DNA from: Opitutaceae bacterium
GTDB lineage: Bacteria; Verrucomicrobiota; Verrucomicrobiia; Opitutales; Opitutaceae
Assembly (NCBI GenBank): GCA_002713695.1
Contig: PAUB01000001.1
Location: 397,325-461,324, forward strand
Length of the DNA: 64,000 nucleotides
Direction: 5' to 3'
Position numbers and translations under genes: made by a program
Shown: positions 8,625-16,849 of the stretch, one piece after another
Numbering within the stretch: the stretch's first letter is position 1
Layout: every line of letters begins with the position of its first letter
Notes under the pieces: model-generated
Told to the model about the DNA's origin: nothing
What the model saw: the letters and a program-made list of their open reading frames with translations, nothing else
Databases searched by the model: none

Positions 8625-9610
8625 TGGTGGCCCTTGGAACGTGCTTCATAGACCCAATGGTTGGCTTCAAGCCAGCGCAGAGTCTGCTTAATGCCTTCTT
8701 CGATGGTGAGCTTTGGCCGCCATCCAGTAGCTTGGATTTTCTTTGTATCCAGAAAGATAAACGGATTGTCACCGATCCAACCCCGTTCACCACCCGTGTA
8801 TTCCAGGGTGGGGGTAAGTCCGAGGCTAGAGCAGATGAAGCTTATGCTGTCGTTAACCTCAACATATTCGGGGGTGCCGAGGTTATAGATTTGAGTATGA
8901 TGCTTGGCTTCGCGCGCCGTATGGTTGCGCGTGACGTGGAGCACAGCGTCCACGCAGTCTTGAATGTAAAGGTAGCTTTTGCGCTGTTTGCCATCTCCTA
9001 GGATTCTGAGTCGATCGGGGTGTTCGATAAGTTGCTGATAGAAATCGTAGACATGGCCATGAGTGTAACGCTCCCCAAGTATCGATACGAAACGGAAGAT
9101 GTAGGCTTCGTCGATTTGGTTTCCTTCCGCATAGGATGAAATGAGGGTTTCTCCCGCTACCTTGCTCGCGGCATAGAGAGAGGTTTGGATGGGAAATGGA
9201 GCGTCTTCAGGCGTAGGGATTAAGGTCGCTTCACCATAAGTGGATCCGGTCGAAGAGAAGGCGATGCGACGCACTCCATTGGCGCGCATGGCTTCGAGGA
9301 CATTTGAGGTAGCAATCGTGTTTTGCTCGAGATCACGTGCGGGGTGTTCCCATCCGTCCTTGATATCGGCATTGGCCGCGAGGTGAAAAACGAAGTCGGC
9401 ACCGGCCATAGCCTTGGTCAGCGCCACGCGATCGAGATTATCACCTCTGATCAGCTTAAAGGAGGGGCTTTTCAGAGCACCTGATAGGAAGCTTTCTTGC
9501 CCGGTCGTGAAGTTATCCCAACCGGTGACCGTGACGCCATCGGCAAGGAGGCGATCAACGAGTGAAGAACCAATGAAGCCAGCGGCGCCGGTTACGAAGA
9601 CTTTTTGCAT
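8621..9610 (-). CDS. NAD-dependent nucleotide-sugar epimerase/dehydratase (extended SDR)
   Basis: 'VFVTGAAGFIGSSLV' and 'YAASKVAGE' (YxxxK); 329 aa. Confidence 0.85.
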   Translation of the reverse strand: MQKVFVTGAAGFIGSSLVDRLLADGVTVTGWDNFTTGQESFLSGALKSPSFKLIRGDNLDRVALTKAMAGADFVFHLAANADIKDGWEHPARDLEQNTIATSNVLEAMRANGVRRIAFSSTGSTYGEATLIPTPEDAPFPIQTSLYAASKVAGETLISSYAEGNQIDEAYIFRFVSILGERYTHGHVYDFYQQLIEHPDRLRILGDGKQRKSYLYIQDCVDAVLHVTRNHTAREAKHHTQIYNLGTPEYVEVNDSISFICSSLGLTPTLEYTGGERGWIGDNPFIFLDTKKIQATGWRPKLTIEEGIKQTLRWLEANHWVYEARSKGHQ

Positions 9611-9686
9611 AAGAATACACCAAGGAGTTAAAGAGATCCCGCTCTACGTCCACCCTGAAGCTAGCAGCAAGGAATTTCGAAATCCG

Positions 9687-10481
9687 TCAAAGGCGAAAAG
9701 CCAGCAGGTTGATAAAAGCTTTTGCAGCCAGATTTTTATCCAACTCCATTAGATCCACTGCGATGTCTTGGTCAGATGAGTCCGCGAGTGTCACTTGGAG
9801 CTCGAGTTGGCGTAATGTATCAGCTAACTGCTCAATTTCAGTGCCTGCCAATCGAAGGCCATGCGGCCAAAATTCAAAATAGATTTTCAGGTCGCGATTT
9901 GCATCAAGTAAGTCGGAGACTCCTTTTAGGGCTTCACCTTCCCAGCCCTGCACATCCATCTTAATGAAGTCTAACCGTCGTCCTTTCAGAACATTCTTCA
10001 GAGCGCAGATAGGGACTGAGACTTGCTCGTTATGCAGTGCCGATCCGGTAGTTTTGCCCACTCGGTTATCACCGGAATTCATCGCATTTCGCTGCAGAAT
10101 GATTTCGCCTTCGGTCGCGCCGACGGCGCATTCAAACACTTCCACTTGCGATGCATTATTCTCGGCCAGATTTTTACGCAGGGTGGCCGCCATAAGCTGG
10201 TCCGGTTCAAAGGAATAGATCTGACCTGTCGGTCCGGCGCAGCGGGAGAGATAGAGCGAATAGAGCCCAATGTTGGCGCCCACATCGGCAACATGCATAC
10301 CAGGTCGAATCACCTTTGAGAAAAAGTCAGCCTCCTCGCGACCCATTCGACCAAGACGATGCATCCAAAGGTAGAACCAGCGGTCGAATGAAGGTGCGCG
10401 CATGGAAAACCCCCACACTTTTAGCCTTTGTCGCCATAAGGGGAGGCGATTGAAGGTGGCGATCAGCGAACTCAGTTTCAT
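9687..10481 (-). CDS. FkbM-family SAM-dependent methyltransferase
   Basis: 'VADVGANIGLYSL' and 'DFIKMDVQGWEGEALKG' are typical FkbM signatures. Confidence 0.8.
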   Translation of the reverse strand: MKLSSLIATFNRLPLWRQRLKVWGFSMRAPSFDRWFYLWMHRLGRMGREEADFFSKVIRPGMHVADVGANIGLYSLYLSRCAGPTGQIYSFEPDQLMAATLRKNLAENNASQVEVFECAVGATEGEIILQRNAMNSGDNRVGKTTGSALHNEQVSVPICALKNVLKGRRLDFIKMDVQGWEGEALKGVSDLLDANRDLKIYFEFWPHGLRLAGTEIEQLADTLRQLELQVTLADSSDQDIAVDLMELDKNLAAKAFINLLAFRL

Positions 10482-10497
10482 ACGGGCTGAACAGAGA

Positions 10498-11916
10498 TCA
10501 GGTGAACTTCAGCTTGCGGGCGGCAAAAGCGACCATGCGCAGCAACAGCCAACCGTGGCTCCAACGATGGATATTGGTGCTGCCGTAGGTGCGCTCCCTA
10601 TAGCGTATGGGCACGTCCGCTATTTTTAGGTTCAACTTGGCGGCGCCAAAGAGTAGGTCGAAATCACCGAAAGGATCGAAGTCACCGAAATAACTCCGAT
10701 TTGCGGAGATCCGATCATAGTGAGCACGACTCAGCACTTTGGTGCCGCACAGGGTGTCTTTCACAGGTTGCCCGAGTAGCCATGTGAAGATTATCCCAAA
10801 GGTCTTATTCGCGCAAAGGTTGAGAAACTGCATGGCTTTTTCATCCATGGGATAAACCAACCTCACGCCGTTGGCAAAATCTGCGTGTCCACTAGCAAGC
10901 ACTTCGTAGAACTTGGGTAATTCTTCGGGAGGCATGGTGAGATCTGCATCAAGAATCATGAGGATATCGCCAGTGGCGGCGGAGTAACCCATGCGGACGG
11001 CATCTCCTTTGCCTTTGCCGGTCTGTTGCATGATTTTAATCTTCAGATCCGGATGCTCTCGCTCGACTTTTTGGATCTGCTCCCAGGTGTCATCTTGGGA
11101 GTGCCCCTCGACAAATATCAACTCGGTGCCTGCACCCATCTCGGGAGTGCGGGCGACTGCGGCTGCAATGTTACCCGCTTCGTTACGGGCTGGGATAATG
11201 ACGGATACAGTGCGCGCTTTTGTCGGGCGAATGCGAACTGGGCGTGCCACGCAAAATACGGTCATGCAAAACCAGCTCAAGACTGGGGCCAACCAACGAT
11301 TGATAAGATACTCCAAACCTAGACATCTTACGGGAATGAGCACGCGCGGTTGGACGTGTAGAGGGTTCCAGTCTGATAATTCCAGTAAGTTGCGGACGTC
11401 ATCGTCACCCAGCCAGCTGTATTGTGGTTGGGGAGCCCGTAGGCCAAGTATCCTCGCAAGCGCAAACAGCGGTCGCCAGAGCGACGAATAATAGTTAATA
11501 ATCAATCGAGTGTCGGGGTGTGTGACCGAATGTAATCGCTCAAACAACAACTGCACATCTGCCGCTAAATTCAAAGTGTCCGATATAATGATACAGTCGA
11601 ACTTCTCCGTGAGGGAAAGATTCTCTCCGGCTTGCACATGAAAATCTGCGTCTGGCACTAGCTCTCTCGCGGTAGTCAGTTGGGCTTCTGATAAGTCCAA
11701 GCCAACCTTGCGACTGGCATTCAATTGTGAGAGCAACTCGCCAGAACCGCAGCCTATCTCGAGCACCGAGGCCCCGCGAGGAATGGTGAGGTTATAATAA
11801 CGAGCTAGCCATTTTCGGTAGTAGCGACCAGAGCTGCTATGAGTGGTAGGAGCGGCATCGAAAAACGAACGGATTTTCTTCAGGTGCTGGCTTGTGAGTT
11901 CTGAGGCTTCATTCAT
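10498..11916 (-). CDS. Bifunctional class I SAM methyltransferase (N-terminal) / family 2 glycosyltransferase (C-terminal)
   Basis: Methyltransferase motif I 'VLEIGCGSGELL'. A hydrophobic linker follows, then GT2 'VSVIIPARNEAGNI', 'ILMILDADLT' (DxD) and a C-terminal membrane-associated tail. Confidence 0.75.
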   Translation of the reverse strand: MNEASELTSQHLKKIRSFFDAAPTTHSSSGRYYRKWLARYYNLTIPRGASVLEIGCGSGELLSQLNASRKVGLDLSEAQLTTARELVPDADFHVQAGENLSLTEKFDCIIISDTLNLAADVQLLFERLHSVTHPDTRLIINYYSSLWRPLFALARILGLRAPQPQYSWLGDDDVRNLLELSDWNPLHVQPRVLIPVRCLGLEYLINRWLAPVLSWFCMTVFCVARPVRIRPTKARTVSVIIPARNEAGNIAAAVARTPEMGAGTELIFVEGHSQDDTWEQIQKVEREHPDLKIKIMQQTGKGKGDAVRMGYSAATGDILMILDADLTMPPEELPKFYEVLASGHADFANGVRLVYPMDEKAMQFLNLCANKTFGIIFTWLLGQPVKDTLCGTKVLSRAHYDRISANRSYFGDFDPFGDFDLLFGAAKLNLKIADVPIRYRERTYGSTNIHRWSHGWLLLRMVAFAARKLKFT

Positions 11917-11917
11917 G

Positions 11918-12685
11918 TCAGTTTTTTTCTTTTTCGAGCACGACTAGTAAGCGCGCAGCAAAGATCTTTGGGAACGGCTTGGTGAGGTAGTCGAGCGCGC
12001 GCATCAACCCGTGCAGGAAGCGTCCGCCTAGTTGGGGCCCGGAAAATCCTCCAGAAGCGAAGTAGTCGAAGGAAGGGATGGGGCTCACTTCGCTTAATTT
12101 CCATCCATCAAGTCTATCGTGACCTTGGCCCCACCAGAAAAGCCGAGTGGCTGATCCCTGAGCAGCGTAATAGTCGGACTGCGAGGCAGCAAAGTCGTCT
12201 GGGGCATCCCAGGTAATGGGATCACGCACGGCGACAGGTTCGTGATGGCAGTAATGATACACTAGTCTCCCTAACCAGCTGGCCGCGGGTTCGAACAGGA
12301 TTAATCGTCCGCCGGGAACCAGCACACGGTGGAATTCCCGCAGGGCTGAGCCTGGATATCGGAGATGGTGCCAGACATCAAATAGGATGAGATGGGAAAC
12401 CGATTCATCGGAGAAACTCAGCTCATAGCAGTTTTCGTTGCGATCCAGCCAAGGGTTGGAGAATAGATCGGTGGTGATGCATTGCGGGATGACGTCCTTT
12501 ATTTGCCCCATGCCGGAACCCAGCTCGACCACTGGTCCCGGGATGACGGAATCGATACGAGTCGCGATTCGGCGGTAAAAATCATGATAGATCTCCCGTA
12601 GCATGGGTTTGCGTGCCCATGCCTCGCGATTTTGTTGGATCTCGACGTTGTGTTGTTCGAGGGGAAGTTCTGCAGCGGTGCTCAT
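11918..12685 (-). CDS. Class I SAM-dependent methyltransferase
   Basis: 'VVELGSGMGQI' motif I and 'LVPGGRLILFEP' post-I/II motifs; 255 aa. Confidence 0.75.
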   Translation of the reverse strand: MSTAAELPLEQHNVEIQQNREAWARKPMLREIYHDFYRRIATRIDSVIPGPVVELGSGMGQIKDVIPQCITTDLFSNPWLDRNENCYELSFSDESVSHLILFDVWHHLRYPGSALREFHRVLVPGGRLILFEPAASWLGRLVYHYCHHEPVAVRDPITWDAPDDFAASQSDYYAAQGSATRLFWWGQGHDRLDGWKLSEVSPIPSFDYFASGGFSGPQLGGRFLHGLMRALDYLTKPFPKIFAARLLVVLEKEKN

Positions 12686-12701
12686 ATATCTGGTGCGAGC
12701 A

Positions 12702-15158
12702 TCAATGGGTGAAATTGTCAGCAGTTAACACAAGCTCATAAAGCCAAAGGGTATCTCCGGGTTCCAGATGATAGACTGTTAGGGTGAAGGCAGAAGCACC
12801 GTCAGTCGGGATTTGATTCACTTGCAGCGGGACCGGTGAGTCGGGTTGAAGATCATTTCCCCACATGGTGGACGTGGGTGAGCCGATCTCAACTACGTGG
12901 AGATACACAGGTGTGTGCCGCTGGGCGATGCCTGCGGCGGATTCCAGCCTAACACCGACGCGGAAGGATCGCTGGCCACGTGTGCTAGCTAAATTTAACT
13001 TTAGACGGATAGTTTGATCGGTTTCTGAGGCACGCAGTGCAAAGCGCCGGGGAAATTTCAGATCACCTGAATTCTGTGACCACTCGGGTTCGGCGCCTGA
13101 GATAGTCAGGGCTCCAGCGGCAGTCAGCTGCGTAGCTGATTTGGCCAATGGGAAAACTACGATCTTTTCAGTGTTGTAGGATTTACCGTCGGGGGCCAGT
13201 GGGATGAAGGCCTGCACTGCGGGATTTTCAATGTAATAGATCTGGTTGCTAACTTGAGCAGTATTTGGAAATGAACGGAGGACCCAAGCCCCCTGCCGAT
13301 TCATCCACTCTCTCTCGGGCACTTGTCTCGATATTTCCACATAAATGTTACGAGGGCTCATACTGATCGGTTGCACGTGGTCCTGCTGATAGAGTAGGAG
13401 CATGCTGCGTTTCTGTCCGGTAAGATTCCATACAAATCCGGAACTCATCGCTTTAGTGAGAAGGGGGACTCCAGTCTGGGCATTGATGGCGACTCTAAGC
13501 GGTGTGATGTCTGTCAGCCGAGTTGCACCTTGGATAACGTCGAGAGAGTGTAGAGCGTCGAGCGAAGGGTAGGTTGTAGGTCTTTTTATCGCCTGTTCGA
13601 CTAGTCTCCACGTCACGATAACAGCCCCTGTGCCGAGTAGAACGGCGAGTAGCACTAGCAGACCACGCAAACCGAGAAGAGATAATCGCGTAGCGGAGGA
13701 TGAACGCCCGAGTAATCGGTGAGTAGATTCGGATTGAACTGCACCCAAGGTGATGGAACCGAGTAGGCCAATAATGAGAAGGTCGGCGGAAAAAAAGAAT
13801 TGAAAACCAAGCCGGTAACCCAGGGCATTCAAATCCTGCACTGCACCGACTGGAGGGCCCCAAGTGCCGCCAGTCAGGTATAACGCCATTACTCCAACCC
13901 ACCAATAGACTGTCCAGAGAAACAAGCCACGTTGACCTGATAATAAGGCTGAGAGGCCGAGCCAACTGGCTCCCAATACAAACCAAGGTTGGGTCTGTGG
14001 CCAAATAGCCCATATCGCGCCGATGGAACCGACAGCGAAAGCTGCCAAGAATCGACGCTGTCGAAGCATCATGATCGTAAGGCCCAACGTCAGAGACCAT
14101 TTGAAAATTCCCCGCCAACGTTCAGTGAAGCTAGAGGACACAGCGGATCGCTTTGGTGTGAAACTAGCGAGTTCAAATGCGTTTCGCCAAAGCCGTTCCA
14201 AATGGTAACGCCAATGCATTTGGTAATTAGACCGTGTCATGTTCCAGAACTCAGCATTGAGTTGCTTGGGGGTAGGTTGTTCGGTCTGAAAATGCTTTTT
14301 CGCAGATTCTCTGACCGGGATATACATGTCTCCTCTCCAAACTTGAATTTTCGGATCACTGGCAGCGTAGAAAGCAGAAGAATCCTGACTTTCACCGGTC
14401 AGAGCGAAATTGCCAGTGGTTGCCGCCATAAATGTCATCCATGCCACCGTGGGCAGAACAAATGCAGAAAGCATAAGGCCCAGTGCCGTGGCAAGTTTCC
14501 GCCATTCTCCCCATGCAGCAACGATTACAACAAGAGCTGCTGGGGCCAAGAAAGGCGTCATTAACGGACGGGTGAGTGAGGCGCAGGAAAATAAAATACC
14601 GAATCCAAAAATCCATCGCAGTCGTAATCTATCGCTCACCCCGGCAATCAGGCAGAGGATAGCCAAGAGGTTGAGGATGAGGCCTAGAGCGTCGGAGGTG
14701 GAGATGGCCAACCATTCGGCCGTAAAGGGATTGAATACTAAAAATAGAACCGTGGCCGCCGCAGCGATTCGACTGATCAGTCCTCGCAGCGAGGCATACA
14801 TGCCACAGGAAGTGACAAGAAATACGATCAACAAGATTTGATGGAAAACTCGGTATTCGGGGCCAAGCACTGCAGCAATCAGTCCACCAAAGGTTGCGTA
14901 GCCCATTCGGTAGGTGATGTTGGGGTTTTCTTCCACGATGCCTTGAGCGAAATGCAAGGCCCCGTTCCACCAGAATTCTGCATCACCATACTGGGCGCTA
15001 CCTACATAGGCCATTTGCCCCCAGTGTGGAGCGTTGCGTAGGAAGAAAAATCCCCCAAAAATAACGAGCGAGAAGAAAGCTATCTCCAACCAATTGATAC
15101 CGGACTGTGGAGATGGTGAATCGCAGACAGGGTTGGGGGCAGGTTTAGAAGCCGGCAT
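12702..15158 (-). CDS. Large polytopic membrane protein, ArnT/PMT_2-like (GT-C fold) N-terminal half plus ~330-aa C-terminal extracytoplasmic domain
   Basis: 818 aa. The first loop 'YGDAEFWWNGALHFAQG' is followed by 'YRMGYATFGGLIAAV...LRGLISRIAAAATVLFLVFNPF', which resembles the GT-C/PMT_2 layout. The C-terminal half is non-hydrophobic and beta-rich. Confidence 0.55.
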   Translation of the reverse strand: MPASKPAPNPVCDSPSPQSGINWLEIAFFSLVIFGGFFFLRNAPHWGQMAYVGSAQYGDAEFWWNGALHFAQGIVEENPNITYRMGYATFGGLIAAVLGPEYRVFHQILLIVFLVTSCGMYASLRGLISRIAAAATVLFLVFNPFTAEWLAISTSDALGLILNLLAILCLIAGVSDRLRLRWIFGFGILFSCASLTRPLMTPFLAPAALVVIVAAWGEWRKLATALGLMLSAFVLPTVAWMTFMAATTGNFALTGESQDSSAFYAASDPKIQVWRGDMYIPVRESAKKHFQTEQPTPKQLNAEFWNMTRSNYQMHWRYHLERLWRNAFELASFTPKRSAVSSSFTERWRGIFKWSLTLGLTIMMLRQRRFLAAFAVGSIGAIWAIWPQTQPWFVLGASWLGLSALLSGQRGLFLWTVYWWVGVMALYLTGGTWGPPVGAVQDLNALGYRLGFQFFFSADLLIIGLLGSITLGAVQSESTHRLLGRSSSATRLSLLGLRGLLVLLAVLLGTGAVIVTWRLVEQAIKRPTTYPSLDALHSLDVIQGATRLTDITPLRVAINAQTGVPLLTKAMSSGFVWNLTGQKRSMLLLYQQDHVQPISMSPRNIYVEISRQVPEREWMNRQGAWVLRSFPNTAQVSNQIYYIENPAVQAFIPLAPDGKSYNTEKIVVFPLAKSATQLTAAGALTISGAEPEWSQNSGDLKFPRRFALRASETDQTIRLKLNLASTRGQRSFRVGVRLESAAGIAQRHTPVYLHVVEIGSPTSTMWGNDLQPDSPVPLQVNQIPTDGASAFTLTVYHLEPGDTLWLYELVLTADNFTH

Positions 15159-15253
15159 AAACGAAGGGTTTGGCTGGTAGGGCGCATCCTATTATGGCGA
15201 ATTGGAGTTGCGCAGTTTTTGGTGAAGTTATTATTTCAAAAGTGATCAAAGAC

Positions 15254-15640
15254 ATGCTAACAGACAGGGCAACGCAAGTGAGGTTTTTTAGGTTTATGAT
15301 TGTTGGCAGTATTGCTGCTATTGTGCAGTTCACGTCACTTTCCGTATTGGTGCATTTACTCTCACCGACGCCAGCCTTTACACTGTCGTTTGCCTGTTCA
15401 ACTTTCGTACATTATCTGATGAATAGATTTTGGGCACTGCGAAGCAGCCGTTTGGATCAGGGGAAGCAAGCCGCAGAATATTTACTGGCAGTCGCTGTTA
15501 GTTACATCGTTAACATAGCAATGTTTACAGTATGTCGTACTTTGATCGGTCTTGAAGTGCTCTGGTCGGCAATAATTGCGCTTCCTCCATCTACAATAAT
15601 CGTATTTCTATTATTAAATTTCAGAGTGTTTCGGAAATAA
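15254..15640 (+). CDS. GtrA-family membrane protein (polyprenyl-phosphate-sugar translocation family)
   Basis: 'QVRFFRFMIVGSIAAIVQF' N-terminus, four predicted TMs, ~128 aa. Start chosen at Met29 (15254) of the track ORF 15170..15640. It is the only plus-strand gene in the 28-kb glycan block. Confidence 0.7.
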   Translation: MLTDRATQVRFFRFMIVGSIAAIVQFTSLSVLVHLLSPTPAFTLSFACSTFVHYLMNRFWALRSSRLDQGKQAAEYLLAVAVSYIVNIAMFTVCRTLIGLEVLWSAIIALPPSTIIVFLLLNFRVFRK

Positions 15641-15659
15641 GGCTGTCTTGTAGTATGTC

Positions 15660-16236
15660 CTACAGCTTCCTACCTTCCGGAACGATCCGCGAAGCATCGA
15701 GATGTTGCCGGTAGCGATCTTTCGGAATTTTTTCAGGTTCTTGCCATGGGCACCGCTTGGCGCTGATTAGTTTCCCGGTTATGCCATCGCTTGCGCTGCA
15801 GGTCAGGAACACACTCAAGGGACTGGCCAGCTTTGGGCACCTGCCCTCTCGTCGGCCCACTTTTTGTTCTTGGCATAAAATGCTTCACCAGTGATCTCCG
15901 GGCCTGCCCCAACACTCAAAAGGTGAGGCGCGTACGGAGCGCACCTTGGGCAATGGCGTTCTGTATTTGGCATGGTATCCTCTGCGAGCAACTCGGTGAG
16001 ACTATCGACCGCGGCTTCGGTGGCAGCATAGCGGCGAAACGGGGTATGGGGTTTATGGGCACCTTACCCGAAATGTTGATAATCTTGCGGCATGATTAGG
16101 CTTCATTATGCTAGGGGATACAGGCAGACCAAAAGCGTGCCGGTGACATTTACCTGCCAGGCTTGTGTCCAGTCGGAGAGTGGGATTTCTTTGGTAGGAC
16201 CGATAGGACCGTAATCCCGGCATTATTGACCACGAA
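15660..16236 (-). pseudogene. Decayed copy of the 3' two-thirds of the SDR gene at 4836..5696
   Basis: Nucleotide and peptide similarity to the intact SDR: 'DGITGKLISAKRCPWQEPEKI...RIVPEG' versus 'NGITGKLISAKWDPWKDPQKF...RIVPED', and 'VVNNAGI' retained. The reading frame is broken several times, as the track fragments 15660-15860, 15733-15915 and 16053-16244 show. Confidence 0.8.
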
Positions 16237-16354
16237 GTGCACACCGCACAACGCTTCCTGTGGCGTGGCGATCAGATCAAGATCAGCATCCGGTGTCTTA
16301 ATGAGGGGATCGTAAGCTCTCACCTTGATTTCAGCGGCAACCAATTTCCGACAT
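16237..16354 (-). pseudogene. Relic of the 3' part of a UDP-glucose-dehydrogenase-family gene, fused in frame to the SDR relic
   Basis: 'VAAEIKVRAYDPLIKTPDADLDLIATPQEALCGVH' parallels 'LADSVEVRAFDPLIKSVDNEHSDIPVVSSIEEALLGAH' of the intact gene at 5693..6955. It continues directly into 'FVVNNAGI' of the SDR. Confidence 0.75.
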
Positions 16355-16363
16355 GGGGGGGGG
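16355..16363. repeat. G9 (C9 on the minus strand) homopolymer
   Basis: Read directly: acatGGGGGGGGGagg. It lies exactly at the upstream boundary of the ugd relic. Confidence 0.95.
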
Positions 16364-16374
16364 AGGATTGCAGG

Positions 16375-16847
16375 TCATTCTATAGTCAAGGCACCGAGAG
16401 AGGTCCAATCGCGGGTATCACGGCCATTATGCCCGGGGCCGATGAAGAGTTCGACCTCGGAGCCAGCGGGCATTTCAAAGGTTACATCCACGGGCAGGGT
16501 GCCGCGGTCGGCTATGTTATTGAAAGGATCAATCTCACGGGTGAAGATAACTGTGCGACCGCGGCTGGGAGTGAGAAGTGCGATCTCTACCTTGATACCA
16601 TCGGTGGCCTCGTTCTCTGCGAGATTTTCGTAGGCGCCCGGACTCACCTCTACGGTGGTTTGTAACCGACGGTGCCCAGCGGGGACTGGGAAATAGAGGA
16701 CGGTGACCGGATGGCACCGAAGGAAATACCGTCCAACCCAAAACTAAAAGTGGAATAGATGCGCGACGGCCGCGGATTCATATTTTGGAGCGGGATCAAC
16801 TGATCAGACTTTAGGTGCTTGCTCTCATACCAGCCATCCTTCAGCAA
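16375..16847 (-). pseudogene. Frameshifted remnant of a C-terminal beta-sandwich-type domain like those at the ends of the large membrane proteins
   Basis: Two adjacent ORF pieces sit in different frames (16650..16847 'LKDGWYESKHL...' and 16375..16647 '...VTFEMPAGSEVELFIGPGHNGRDTRDWTSLGALTIE'). They loosely resemble the 'YEDGWGSHH...VKIELRF...PDNRPVTVLLKAIKIT' tail of the 945-aa protein. No N-terminal membrane part is present. Confidence 0.4.
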
Positions 16848-16849
16848 CG

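Noticed and set aside
13495-14564. Overlapping 207-aa (minus, alternative frame) and 191-aa (plus) ORFs
   Set aside because: Both lie within the 818-aa membrane-protein gene, whose frame gives coherent TM segments. These alternative frames are Arg/Ser/Cys-rich noise.
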